Below are positions 1 to 6,647 of a stretch of 27,864 nt of DNA, piece after piece. Origin of the DNA: a virus (Duplodnaviria > Caudoviricetes); IMG/VR virus record IMGVR_UViG_3300011412_000019, positions 1-27,864 of that record. The stretch is one strand, 5' to 3'. Position 1 is the first letter of the stretch. Every line of letters begins with the position of its first letter. A model generated the notes under the pieces. It had not been told where the DNA came from, made no database searches, and saw only the letters and a program-made list of their open reading frames with translations. Both the position numbers and the translations under genes were made by a program.

Positions 1-1
1 G

Positions 2-271
2 ACTGAGAGCTATAAGTACTTCGAGAACTGAGACCCACTCAAGAGCCAGATCACCATCTTCGTACTTACGATCGTGAACGGTCCTGAAGAAGTCATTACG
101 GATTTGCAACGCATCACCGATACGGTTGTCGTCATTAGGGACAAACCAGACAAACTCGGTATTGTGCATTATCTCGAACAATGCATAATACTTTTTATTA
201 GAACCGATTTCAATCTGTGAGATCAACCATTCGTAGTATTCAAAATCAATCGGTCGCGGTTTCTGGGGCAT
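2..271 (-). CDS. Conserved phage hypothetical protein, 3'-truncated by the window edge (MPQKPRPIDFEYYEWLISQ...FVWFVPNDDNRIGD...)
   Basis: Hand translation gives an open frame from ATG 271 (or 274) to the window edge. It overlaps the end of the upstream gene and is absent from the ORF track because it has no stop. Confidence 0.75.
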   Translation of the reverse strand, partial: MPQKPRPIDFEYYEWLISQIEIGSNKKYYALFEIMHNTEFVWFVPNDDNRIGDALQIRNDFFRTVHDRKYEDGDLALEWVSVLEVLIALS

Positions 272-998
272 CATCTAGCCCTTCAACTTCTGCCTCAAAA
301 CTTTTCTGAACCCGGCAAATTTCATACTCCATTTCGAGATGGGGGTTACGCACGTACAATACGTTGTAATCATCCGAACCATGGCCGAAGCGACTGAGAG
401 TTCCGTCACCAATAAGGCTAACCTGGTTATGGATAACCGAGTCATCGGTATCAGCAAGAACCCCATCTTCGTCGTAATATGTCAGAGTTACCTGTGAATA
501 CTCTGTGTCGTTTTCATTAAACTCGTCCTGATGGATGATGTATGGCTTATTCGGAGTTCTCCTCTGGAGCTCAACCGGATAACTCCAACCAGCGTCCTTA
601 TCCTTATCGGCCTTTTTTTGTTCTGCTTTCTGAACTTCAACCTCTTCAGGAAGCATAACGGGCGTAGGTTCTTGAACAGGGACAGGAGCAATTAAAGGCC
701 TTTGTACTGGCTCTTTAGTATCATAGCCTCGTTCGTCGACAATAGTCTCGAGCTCAGGCTTCTGAGTCCGCTCGTAGTACTCTCGGATTCTCTGAACTTC
801 ATCCTCGCTGTCGCGGAAGGCTTCTGAACGGATCTTCTCTCGGTTGTAGCGATAACCGAAATAGAATCCGACGCCTACACCAACAACAAGACCACCGACC
901 AGAAAGCTGAGTGCCTTTGTATCGAGCATTCTAACCGCAGCTGCAGCTTCCTCGAGGTTCTCAGCAACTTCCTCTACAACTAGTTCGCTTGTCGCCAT
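246..998 (-). CDS. Membrane-anchored acidic hypothetical protein (250 aa)
   Basis: AAGGAG RBS; one TM segment (FLVGGLVVGVGVGFYFGY) followed by a helical charged region; co-oriented with its neighbours. Confidence 0.85.
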   Translation of the reverse strand: MATSELVVEEVAENLEEAAAAVRMLDTKALSFLVGGLVVGVGVGFYFGYRYNREKIRSEAFRDSEDEVQRIREYYERTQKPELETIVDERGYDTKEPVQRPLIAPVPVQEPTPVMLPEEVEVQKAEQKKADKDKDAGWSYPVELQRRTPNKPYIIHQDEFNENDTEYSQVTLTYYDEDGVLADTDDSVIHNQVSLIGDGTLSRFGHGSDDYNVLYVRNPHLEMEYEICRVQKSFEAEVEGLDDAPETATD

Positions 999-1000
999 GG

Positions 1001-1882
1001 TTACTCCTTACCCTCAATTTTATCGAAGATAACGCCGTCGACATTGAAGTCGAGCAAAATAGATCCTTCAAAGCCGTTGACGAAATCTCTAGCTTTATCG
1101 CTCTTATCGTCAAAGACCCCGAAATTAATGAAGTCATCTCCGACACCCATAACCCAACCAACTACAGCGCCAGCCTTAGACCTAGGAATTCCGAGCAGAT
1201 CGTAGACCTCATTCAAGAACACATGTCCACGAGAATGCAAGAGGTCGTTTACATAATTTTGCTGACACTTGAGAAAGATCATGTTATATTCGGGTTCTTT
1301 ATCCCATGAAGGCGAAGATACATCAAAGAAACGAGCATAAATTGAAGGATCTCCGGGCCCGACACGGACAACCTTCTTCTTTTTACCTTTCTCTTCGACC
1401 GTGATTTCTCGTGTACCGTAACGTAGATCACGATCTTCATCCTCGCCGTACTTTGCAACCACGCGAGCTCGATACTCATTAAAACCTTTCTCAAGAGCTG
1501 CATACGCTGCAGTCAAGCCAGCATTTCTTCGGTTTAGAATATTGTGAGAGCTCGTTAGAGCTGCGATCGAGAGCCCACCCACAACAATAGCCGGGCCGTA
1601 TAGCTTGACGATCTTTACTGCAGTCTGAACCTTAACAACCTTAATATCTTTTACTCGATCACGTTCGCTATACTGAGGGTGATCTAGACTATTTGCAAAG
1701 TTGATCTTTTCCCCTGCTTCATGCAGGACATCATCCATCTTCAAGGTAGCTCGACAAGCGAGTACCGTGCTTGCAACGACGCCAACAACACCAGCGCCAA
1801 ACAGAATTGTTGGAGAACTTTTCTGCAGAAGCAGCTGGTTACGGGCGACCGTCTTTGTGATCGCTACCGGAACTAGACTCAT
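1001..1882 (-). CDS. DUF6353-like phage protein (293 aa)
   Basis: Motifs SPTILFGAGVVGVVASTVLACRAT, AAY..L...F..YR.RV, FLNEVYD.LG and LDFNVDG are typical of this family (recognised from memory); AAGGAG RBS. Confidence 0.8.
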   Translation of the reverse strand: MSLVPVAITKTVARNQLLLQKSSPTILFGAGVVGVVASTVLACRATLKMDDVLHEAGEKINFANSLDHPQYSERDRVKDIKVVKVQTAVKIVKLYGPAIVVGGLSIAALTSSHNILNRRNAGLTAAYAALEKGFNEYRARVVAKYGEDEDRDLRYGTREITVEEKGKKKKVVRVGPGDPSIYARFFDVSSPSWDKEPEYNMIFLKCQQNYVNDLLHSRGHVFLNEVYDLLGIPRSKAGAVVGWVMGVGDDFINFGVFDDKSDKARDFVNGFEGSILLDFNVDGVIFDKIEGKE

Positions 1883-1919
1883 TATTACTCCTTATAGTAA
1901 TTTCAACTGCCTCTCGGGA

Positions 1920-2534
1920 TTAATCAAGGGGCTCGGGGTCCGGAAGGTCCAGAAGATAACCGTCGCGTATTCTAGAAACTCCGGCTCCGCGAAGATCCGT
2001 CCAACCCCATTTATGATCGGTGTGACTGGAAGCAAGGCCAACAAGCTCGTAAAGATCCGCAACTGTTGCTGTGTCATAGCGACTCACCAGGTCGAATAGT
2101 CGGTCGATTACTTCTTCAGCTTCTACTCTTGAATCGAGAACGATCTCGTCGAAATCATGCTTAGCACGACTTTGACGGCTTATTACTCTCTGAGCAGCAT
2201 TCAATCCACTTCCCATTGGCCCTGACAAACGGTTATAAGCTACATATCCGGTTGCACCAGCTTGTGGAGAAGATGCTCCTCGACGTCTACGAGAGTCTCC
2301 AAAGATCAATTTCTCAATACCAGCTGATCCTGCTTCCACGACCATGTCCTTAGCCGCCGGAAGCAGTACATCGAACATGACATATTGAACTGCAGATTTC
2401 ATATCACCAGCTACAAAAGTTTCAGAGAATTGTTTACGAAGAGACTTCTTCTTTCGAACTACGTCACCAGAAGTAACGCGGTCTATTTTCTTTCTACTTG
2501 CTTCGCTATTAGGAGGAAATTCGGGTTGATCCAT
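1920..2534 (-). CDS. Conserved phage hypothetical protein (204 aa)
   Basis: Long ORF abutting the upstream gene; C-terminal VADLYELVG...KWGWTDL...GY.L.LP motif. Confidence 0.85.
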   Translation of the reverse strand: MDQPEFPPNSEASRKKIDRVTSGDVVRKKKSLRKQFSETFVAGDMKSAVQYVMFDVLLPAAKDMVVEAGSAGIEKLIFGDSRRRRGASSPQAGATGYVAYNRLSGPMGSGLNAAQRVISRQSRAKHDFDEIVLDSRVEAEEVIDRLFDLVSRYDTATVADLYELVGLASSHTDHKWGWTDLRGAGVSRIRDGYLLDLPDPEPLD

Positions 2535-2786
2535 TTATTCCACTTCGATTTCGTTCTTACGATTCTCAATCCATTCGCCTACTTTATCAACCTGTTCCTC
2601 GATATGCTTCGTGGACTGATCCATGAGCATCGATCCAAGGACAAACGAACCAGCACTAACTGTGACCTTCTGAAAAGTAGTTACCACTACGACATTGTTC
2701 TTGACAATATCGTTGACGATCTTCGTAACGCCAAGACCAGCAACGATCTGCGCGGCCAGTTTGGCTTGGGGCAAATAAGAAAACAT
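2535..2786 (-). CDS. Small hydrophobic hypothetical protein (83 aa)
   Basis: AGGAG RBS directly downstream of promoter repeat copy A. Confidence 0.8.
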   Translation of the reverse strand: MFSYLPQAKLAAQIVAGLGVTKIVNDIVKNNVVVVTTFQKVTVSAGSFVLGSMLMDQSTKHIEEQVDKVGEWIENRKNEIEVE

Positions 2787-2817
2787 AAAAAAATACTCCT
2801 AGTTTTAGGGGTTTCTT

Positions 2818-2844
2818 CTATTATACGGAATGTTTATTCTACGA
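2818..2844 (-). promoter_or_regulatory. Repeated promoter motif, copy A (TCGTAGAATAAACATTCCGTATAATAG)
   Basis: Matches the 7-copy consensus; perfect TATAAT; followed by an RBS and ORF 2535-2786. Confidence 0.75.
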
Positions 2845-3370
2845 CCTTAAGTTCCCCTTTTGCAATACGGGCGGCAGCCTCTCTTAGTTTCTCGACACTC
2901 ATGTCGTCCATTTCGACTCGAGTGATACTTTCAATTTCTTTCTTTGGCTCTAGACCGGGCTCTTCAACTACGGCAAGCTGAGCTCGAGTTACCTTAGCTG
3001 CTTCTTCAGCCATACCCTTAGGAATGATTCCGTTAACAAACTCAGCAGCCTTTCCTGCGTCCGTTACCAATTCCATGAAGAGCACTGAATAAGCTTCGCT
3101 TGACTCGAATTCCTGTCGAATCGTGTCATTCTTGACAAAGTACTTACCATCGTCAGATCGGTGGCCATACGAGCCCAGAATAATTTCCTTGAAGCGAGCG
3201 ATAATCTCTTTGCCATCTTTAGAATCGATGATCTTCTTCAAAGCTTCAGACAAGCCACCTTCTTCGCTCATCTCGAGCTCTACGATCTCGGCCTTCGAAA
3301 GATGGAAGTAAAAATCTTCGCTAACCTCTTCGTCATTGAAATTCGTGTACGTGATGGTTTTCTTGAGCAA
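2834..3370 (-). CDS. Conserved phage hypothetical protein (MLKKTITY..., 178 aa)
   Basis: TTG start with GAAAGGA RBS; motif KKTITY.FN.E..EDFYF.LSKAE. Confidence 0.85.
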   Translation of the reverse strand: MLKKTITYTNFNDEEVSEDFYFHLSKAEIVELEMSEEGGLSEALKKIIDSKDGKEIIARFKEIILGSYGHRSDDGKYFVKNDTIRQEFESSEAYSVLFMELVTDAGKAAEFVNGIIPKGMAEEAAKVTRAQLAVVEEPGLEPKKEIESITRVEMDDMSVEKLREAAARIAKGELKVVE

Positions 3371-3558
3371 AGGTCGTTCCTTTCGTATTCAGCTTCAAAT
3401 ATCGCTCTCAGTACATCGCCTTGACGAACAATCGTCTGACGGGATCCATACCTATCGGTAGTTTTCACTGTAATCTCAAACCACTCGGACTCATTACGTC
3501 GGACAAGACGAATTTTCAAAATTTCAAAAGTAACTTCTTCTTGGATAATTAGATCCAT
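3280..3558 (-). CDS. Hypothetical protein (92 aa; last ~30 codons overlap the next gene)
   Basis: GGTGGTG RBS-like sequence before the ATG; fills the gap between the structured element and ORF 2834-3370. Confidence 0.6.
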   Translation of the reverse strand: MDLIIQEEVTFEILKIRLVRRNESEWFEITVKTTDRYGSRQTIVRQGDVLRAIFEAEYERNDLCSRKPSRTRISMTKRLAKIFTSIFRRPRS

Positions 3559-3567
3559 TTCACCACC

Positions 3568-3836
3568 AATATAGAGCCGGGGAATAGAGAGCCGACCCCT
3601 ACCCCCGGCAGCAATATGTTGGACGGACGGCTATTAAATCCGCCAACAACTTGAGGCGTCCCTCAAGATTTACCTAGTTATCCCCATACGGGGTTAGACA
3701 GGATCACGTTCGGGACTTAAGCGACGCTCCTGTTCCATGCCTTGTAACTCCCGAATTCGCCAGCATGGACCTGAGTAGAAACCAGGCCAACTACTCATTC
3801 TCTCAAAAATCGAATTGCTTCGCAGTGCTCCATATC
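3568..3836 (-). ncRNA. Putative ~270-nt multi-hairpin RNA with loop-loop pseudoknot
   Basis: Intergenic; 10-bp closing stem (3827-3836/3568-3577), seven internal hairpins and complementary loops UUCGGGA/UCCCGAA; G-U pairs favour the minus strand. Confidence 0.55.
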
Positions 3837-3839
3837 CCT

Positions 3840-4631
3840 TCAGTCGTATACTCGGTGGTAATCGGGGATTGGAGGTGTAGCAAAGTCGACTGCAATGCAC
3901 GGTCGGTTGTCTGAAGACATTGTGGTTGAGAACTGGACCTCTACCTGATTGTTCCCGTTCCATCCCACATTATCAGAATATGTCGTTGGAGGTAGACCAA
4001 TTTCTGAGTAGAACTCGCTTAGGCTAGCAGACATGAAGTTGTTCAACTCGTGATTGATCTTGTTCTCGGCACGCTTGATCTCTTCGACGCTGCTTGTGAA
4101 ATATCGCCCAGTTAACATGTCGAAACAAAGAACATCTCCTGAACCGGCGAGAATAACCTCACGCCCACCTACAGGCATCCCGTCGACACGATCCTGAGCG
4201 ATCTCGTCATGAATACCTCGAGCTTTGTTCTCGCCCCATCTGTCGACAACCTTCTGCTTGTATTCCTGTAGGGCTCTATCTGACAGCCCACCAGCAATAG
4301 CCAAGGCAGCAATCTTCTTGGAGGCAATCTTATTGGCAGCAACGATTGCGGTTACCGTGGCTGCAGCAGTCAGGGCTGGAGGGATATAAAGATGCCAAGT
4401 CAGCTTGACAATATCCACCTTTGATAGATCTTTAATCGCTTGAACATCTCCATTAGGTTCATTCGACCATCGTTCATGTTCAAGAATCCGAGCAGCCTTG
4501 AATGAAGCGTTTCCACTCAAATATGCAGTCGTGACGGTACCGACAACACCTACACCCGTTAGGATGGTGGTTGAATTCTCATTGACGAGAAATTTCACAT
4601 ACCGAGCCTTGCTAGCCAACACACTTAGCAT
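3840..4631 (-). CDS. DUF6353-like phage protein, second paralogue (263 aa)
   Basis: NSTTILTGVGVVGTVTTAYL, YIPP, F.D..TGRYF and LSEFY..IG.....VGW motifs; GAAAGG RBS. Confidence 0.8.
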   Translation of the reverse strand: MLSVLASKARYVKFLVNENSTTILTGVGVVGTVTTAYLSGNASFKAARILEHERWSNEPNGDVQAIKDLSKVDIVKLTWHLYIPPALTAAATVTAIVAANKIASKKIAALAIAGGLSDRALQEYKQKVVDRWGENKARGIHDEIAQDRVDGMPVGGREVILAGSGDVLCFDMLTGRYFTSSVEEIKRAENKINHELNNFMSASLSEFYSEIGLPPTTYSDNVGWNGNNQVEVQFSTTMSSDNRPCIAVDFATPPIPDYHRVYD

Positions 4632-4643
4632 AAATCGACCTTT

Positions 4644-4784
4644 CTAAAACGGTTGGTTTCGATTGCGCATCTCTCGGACAAAAACCCAGATTAGCCAAAA
4701 ACCTGCGGTGAAGATGGTCATGAGGCAATCGAAGACAAATTTGAAAAACCCATATCGTTTCTTTTCCACGACAAACACGAACAC
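4644..4784 (-). CDS. Small membrane protein, 46 aa (MFVFVVEKKRYGFFKFVFDCLMTIFTAGFWLIWVFVREMRNRNQPF)
   Basis: Hand translation; GGAGGAGG RBS 5 nt before the GTG (an alternative GTG lies at 4778); below the ORF-track cut-off. Confidence 0.75.
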   Translation of the reverse strand: MFVFVVEKKRYGFFKFVFDCLMTIFTAGFWLIWVFVREMRNRNQPF

Positions 4785-4808
4785 GAACACCTCCTCCAAA
4801 AGTTGACG

Positions 4809-4866
4809 AAAAAAAAGAGGCGGCTGTAGTCATCGCTACAGCTGGTCTCCGAAGAGACCTTCCTCT
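4809..4866 (-). ncRNA. Putative 58-nt small RNA B (three-way junction plus U8)
   Basis: Begins right after the TATAAT of copy B: AGAGG/CCUCU closing stem, GGUCUC-UUCG-GAGACC, GCUGUAG-CGAUGA-CUACAGC, then a U-tract. Confidence 0.6.
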
Positions 4867-4891
4867 ATTATAAAGAATGTTTTTCTTGCGA
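4865..4891 (-). promoter_or_regulatory. Repeated promoter motif, copy B (TCGCAAGAAAAACATTCTTTATAATAG)
   Basis: Matches the 7-copy consensus. Confidence 0.8.
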
Positions 4892-5041
4892 ACGAAAAAA
4901 ATCTTCCAGATAAGCGTTATGAATTTGCTTCATGAGTGCTAGTTCGAACAAGAAAGCCATTCGTTTTACAGCTAGTTTTTGTCGCATTAAATGTAATTCA
5001 ACTCGAGATGCGGCAAGAGTCATAGGAGTAAAATCGATCAT
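4868..5041 (-). CDS. Hypothetical protein, 57 aa (MIDFTPMTLAASRVELHLMRQKLAVKRMAFLFELALMKQIHNAYLEDFFRSQEKHSL)
   Basis: Hand translation; AAAGGAG RBS 4 nt before the ATG; the stop codon lies inside the TATAAT of copy B. Confidence 0.65.
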   Translation of the reverse strand: MIDFTPMTLAASRVELHLMRQKLAVKRMAFLFELALMKQIHNAYLEDFFRSQEKHSL

Positions 5042-5057
5042 AGAACTCCTTTAAGTT

Positions 5058-5131
5058 GTTGAGGGGTAGTTCCTACTGTGCGGGATTCCACCCGAGGTCG
5101 AGCTTAGTCATTTCGGCCACTACCCCTCAAC
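5058..5131. ncRNA. Structured intergenic element (perfect 13-bp closing stem with two inner hairpins)
   Basis: GTTGAGGGGTAGT (5058-5070) pairs perfectly with ACTACCCCTCAAC (5119-5131); no U-tract follows. Confidence 0.45.
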
Positions 5132-5140
5132 CTTTTCAAA

Positions 5141-5236
5141 CTAGACCCAGGGTGGAGCTGCTGTTGAAATATAGATGATGATCAAGATCGCCAGCAGAAT
5201 ACCACCGATCCAGATGAGTCGTTGTGTCAGGCTCAT
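5141..5236 (-). CDS. Single-pass membrane microprotein, 31 aa (MSLTQRLIWIGGILLAILIIIYISTAAPPWV)
   Basis: Hand translation; ATGA overlap with the upstream stop; clear TM helix. Confidence 0.7.
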   Translation of the reverse strand: MSLTQRLIWIGGILLAILIIIYISTAAPPWV

Positions 5237-5796
5237 CCGAGCACCTTCTTGTGTGTGTATGCACCGTTACCGTAGAAGTCCTGCTTGATATACGGATAGC
5301 GATGCTCGACGCACCCAGCCACGGGATAGCAGAGCTTGAAGTAGCCTCTGATCTTTGTCCCAAAGTGCCAGGAATATCCCGAACCCCATGTCTCACGTGG
5401 GTAGTTCTTCACGAACTGCCATGGCTGACCGGGAACAGCCCAATCGCGCTCCCAGCCGTAGACCTGGCCGAGCTTGTCTGTTACACTGTTGTAGCACCGG
5501 CGCTGAATCTGCTGGTACCACCACTGTACCGTCCAGATGAACGAACGATATGTTACTCGAGCTCTCCGCCAGCCACAGAAAACCGTGGTCGTACTTGCGG
5601 CGTCCACTCCGACATCGATGTTCTCGGTGATGTATCCATCGTTGCCGTAACCGGTGATACGTTCACCATCCATAACGGTACCGATCGCCATGACACTCGT
5701 CATAGGCATTACCTGTGCAGATGCCTCGTGCGCCTGAAAAACCAGTACTGCGGCGATCAATACGCATGCGGTTACGAGGATCATCAAATATCGCAT
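5233..5796 (-). CDS. Secreted hypothetical protein (187 aa)
   Basis: GTG start with AAGGAG RBS; Sec-type signal peptide ending A-S-A; Trp/Tyr-rich mature part with four Cys. Confidence 0.8.
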   Translation of the reverse strand: MRYLMILVTACVLIAAVLVFQAHEASAQVMPMTSVMAIGTVMDGERITGYGNDGYITENIDVGVDAASTTTVFCGWRRARVTYRSFIWTVQWWYQQIQRRCYNSVTDKLGQVYGWERDWAVPGQPWQFVKNYPRETWGSGYSWHFGTKIRGYFKLCYPVAGCVEHRYPYIKQDFYGNGAYTHKKVLG

Positions 5797-5797
5797 T

Positions 5798-5998
5798 TCA
5801 CTCCTTCGCTTCTCTTAGTTCGTTTAGTTCTCTTGTGAGCTGTCCGACTTTACGAATAGCAATGTTCTTTTTGTTTTTTACGTCCTTAATTCTCTCTGCT
5901 ACAGTCTCGGGTTCGTCAATATACTCCGAACCAGCAAAACCAGCATCTGACATTGCTACATTCCAACGATGTTCTAGATCGGTTCTTTCGCGGTCCAT
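5798..5998 (-). CDS. Hypothetical protein with C-terminal coiled-coil (66 aa)
   Basis: Tightly packed and co-oriented with neighbours; plausible composition. Confidence 0.7.
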   Translation of the reverse strand: MDRERTDLEHRWNVAMSDAGFAGSEYIDEPETVAERIKDVKNKKNIAIRKVGQLTRELNELREAKE

Positions 5999-6014
5999 TA
6001 CTACCTGATCTGCT

Positions 6015-6215
6015 TTACAGCACGCTCTCCGAGAATTCGGGCCCCGGCAAGAACGCCTCCGGCAGCGAGTCCAATCGCAAGAGCATAAACGATGAACATT
6101 TGTTTCCTCCTTCCATAGGAAAATAATTGGTGGGTACGCTTATCACCTCCAACTCAGCGTCAGTCATGATTCCTAGAAGCCGCACAGCTAGGGGAGGTTC
6201 TGACCTTGTGAGCAT
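6015..6215 (-). CDS. Hypothetical protein (66 aa)
   Basis: Fills the gap downstream of the structured element; weak RBS, start uncertain. Confidence 0.45.
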   Translation of the reverse strand: MLTRSEPPLAVRLLGIMTDAELEVISVPTNYFPMEGGNKCSSFMLLRLDSLPEAFLPGPEFSESVL

Positions 6216-6224
6216 AGACTAGCT

Positions 6225-6426
6225 ACTCAACCCACCGCTGGAATACCCTGGACCGGCAAGCTATGATTCACCCATCGGCGAGATCATAAACATGTCCGGC
6301 GCTCTCCCCGTACAGGGCGGCCGATTTGTCGCAGGAGAGGTGTACGCCCCCCGAGCATTTGTCGGCGCTTTTTTTTTGCCTCCGCCCATATGGCTTTGGC
6401 CAGGGTAGTCCAGCGCTAGGTTGAAT
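6225..6426 (-). ncRNA. Putative ~200-nt structured RNA with a 27-bp closing stem
   Basis: 6400-6426 pairs with 6225-6251 at 25 of 27 positions, including 2 G-U pairs on the minus strand; several inner hairpins and an A9 tract. Confidence 0.6.
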
Positions 6427-6550
6427 GGTGGGTTGGTGCCCCGATATTTGATAGGAAGGGCATAACGCCTCGTTTTATTTTCACCAGCCCACCCTATAGG
6501 GGACCCAAGGCCACAAGTTATGTAGCCGGATATTGTCGATCCCCTATAAG
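6427..6550 (-). ncRNA. Two further stem-loop domains adjoining the 200-nt element
   Basis: 6482-6493 pairs with 6427-6438 (11/12). 6538-6550 pairs with 6493-6505 (13 bp with G-U) and encloses GGCUACA/UGUGGCC. Confidence 0.5.
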
Positions 6551-6560
6551 CTGAGTTGAT

Positions 6561-6618
6561 AAAAAAAGAATACCATGAGATCAAAGGTTGGTTAAATCTC
6601 AATTAGAGTTAGTATTCT
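6561..6618 (-). ncRNA. Putative 58-nt small RNA C
   Basis: Begins right after the TATAAT of copy C: AGAAUACUA/UGGUAUUCU closing stem, inner UGAGAU/AUCUCA stem, U-tract; no ORF or RBS. Confidence 0.6.
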
Positions 6619-6643
6619 ATTATATAGTATGTTTTTTCTGCGG
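6617..6643 (-). promoter_or_regulatory. Repeated promoter motif, copy C (CCGCAGAAAAAACATACTATATAATAG)
   Basis: Matches the 7-copy consensus. Confidence 0.8.
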
Positions 6644-6647
6644 GACG

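Noticed and set aside
3694-3963. 89-aa minus-strand ORF
   Set aside because: Overlaps the DUF6353-like gene out of frame, has no RBS, and its remainder lies in the hairpin array.
4612-4833. 73-aa minus-strand ORF
   Set aside because: Starts inside unit B; the other frame (4644-4784) has a strong RBS and a coherent membrane-protein sequence.
4809-4866. Unit B as a hammerhead ribozyme
   Set aside because: The junctions lack the CUGANGA and GAAA core; CGAUGA is in a terminal loop.
5058-5131. tRNA gene
   Set aside because: No GTTCRA T-loop, cloverleaf or CCA; the closing stem is 13 bp.
6225-6426. Retron msr-msd, tmRNA, RNase P or SRP RNA
   Set aside because: No reverse transcriptase in the window, and the diagnostic conserved sequences of the other RNAs are not seen.
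6582-6595. Loop of sRNA C (CCAACCUUU) as an antisense seed for the major tail gene RBS (AAAGGUAGG, near 18584-18592)
   Set aside because: An 8/9 match is too short to distinguish from chance.
6261-6602. 113-aa minus-strand ORF over the structured region
   Set aside because: TTG start without an RBS, crosses a U-tract, has atypical composition and coincides with dense base-pairing.
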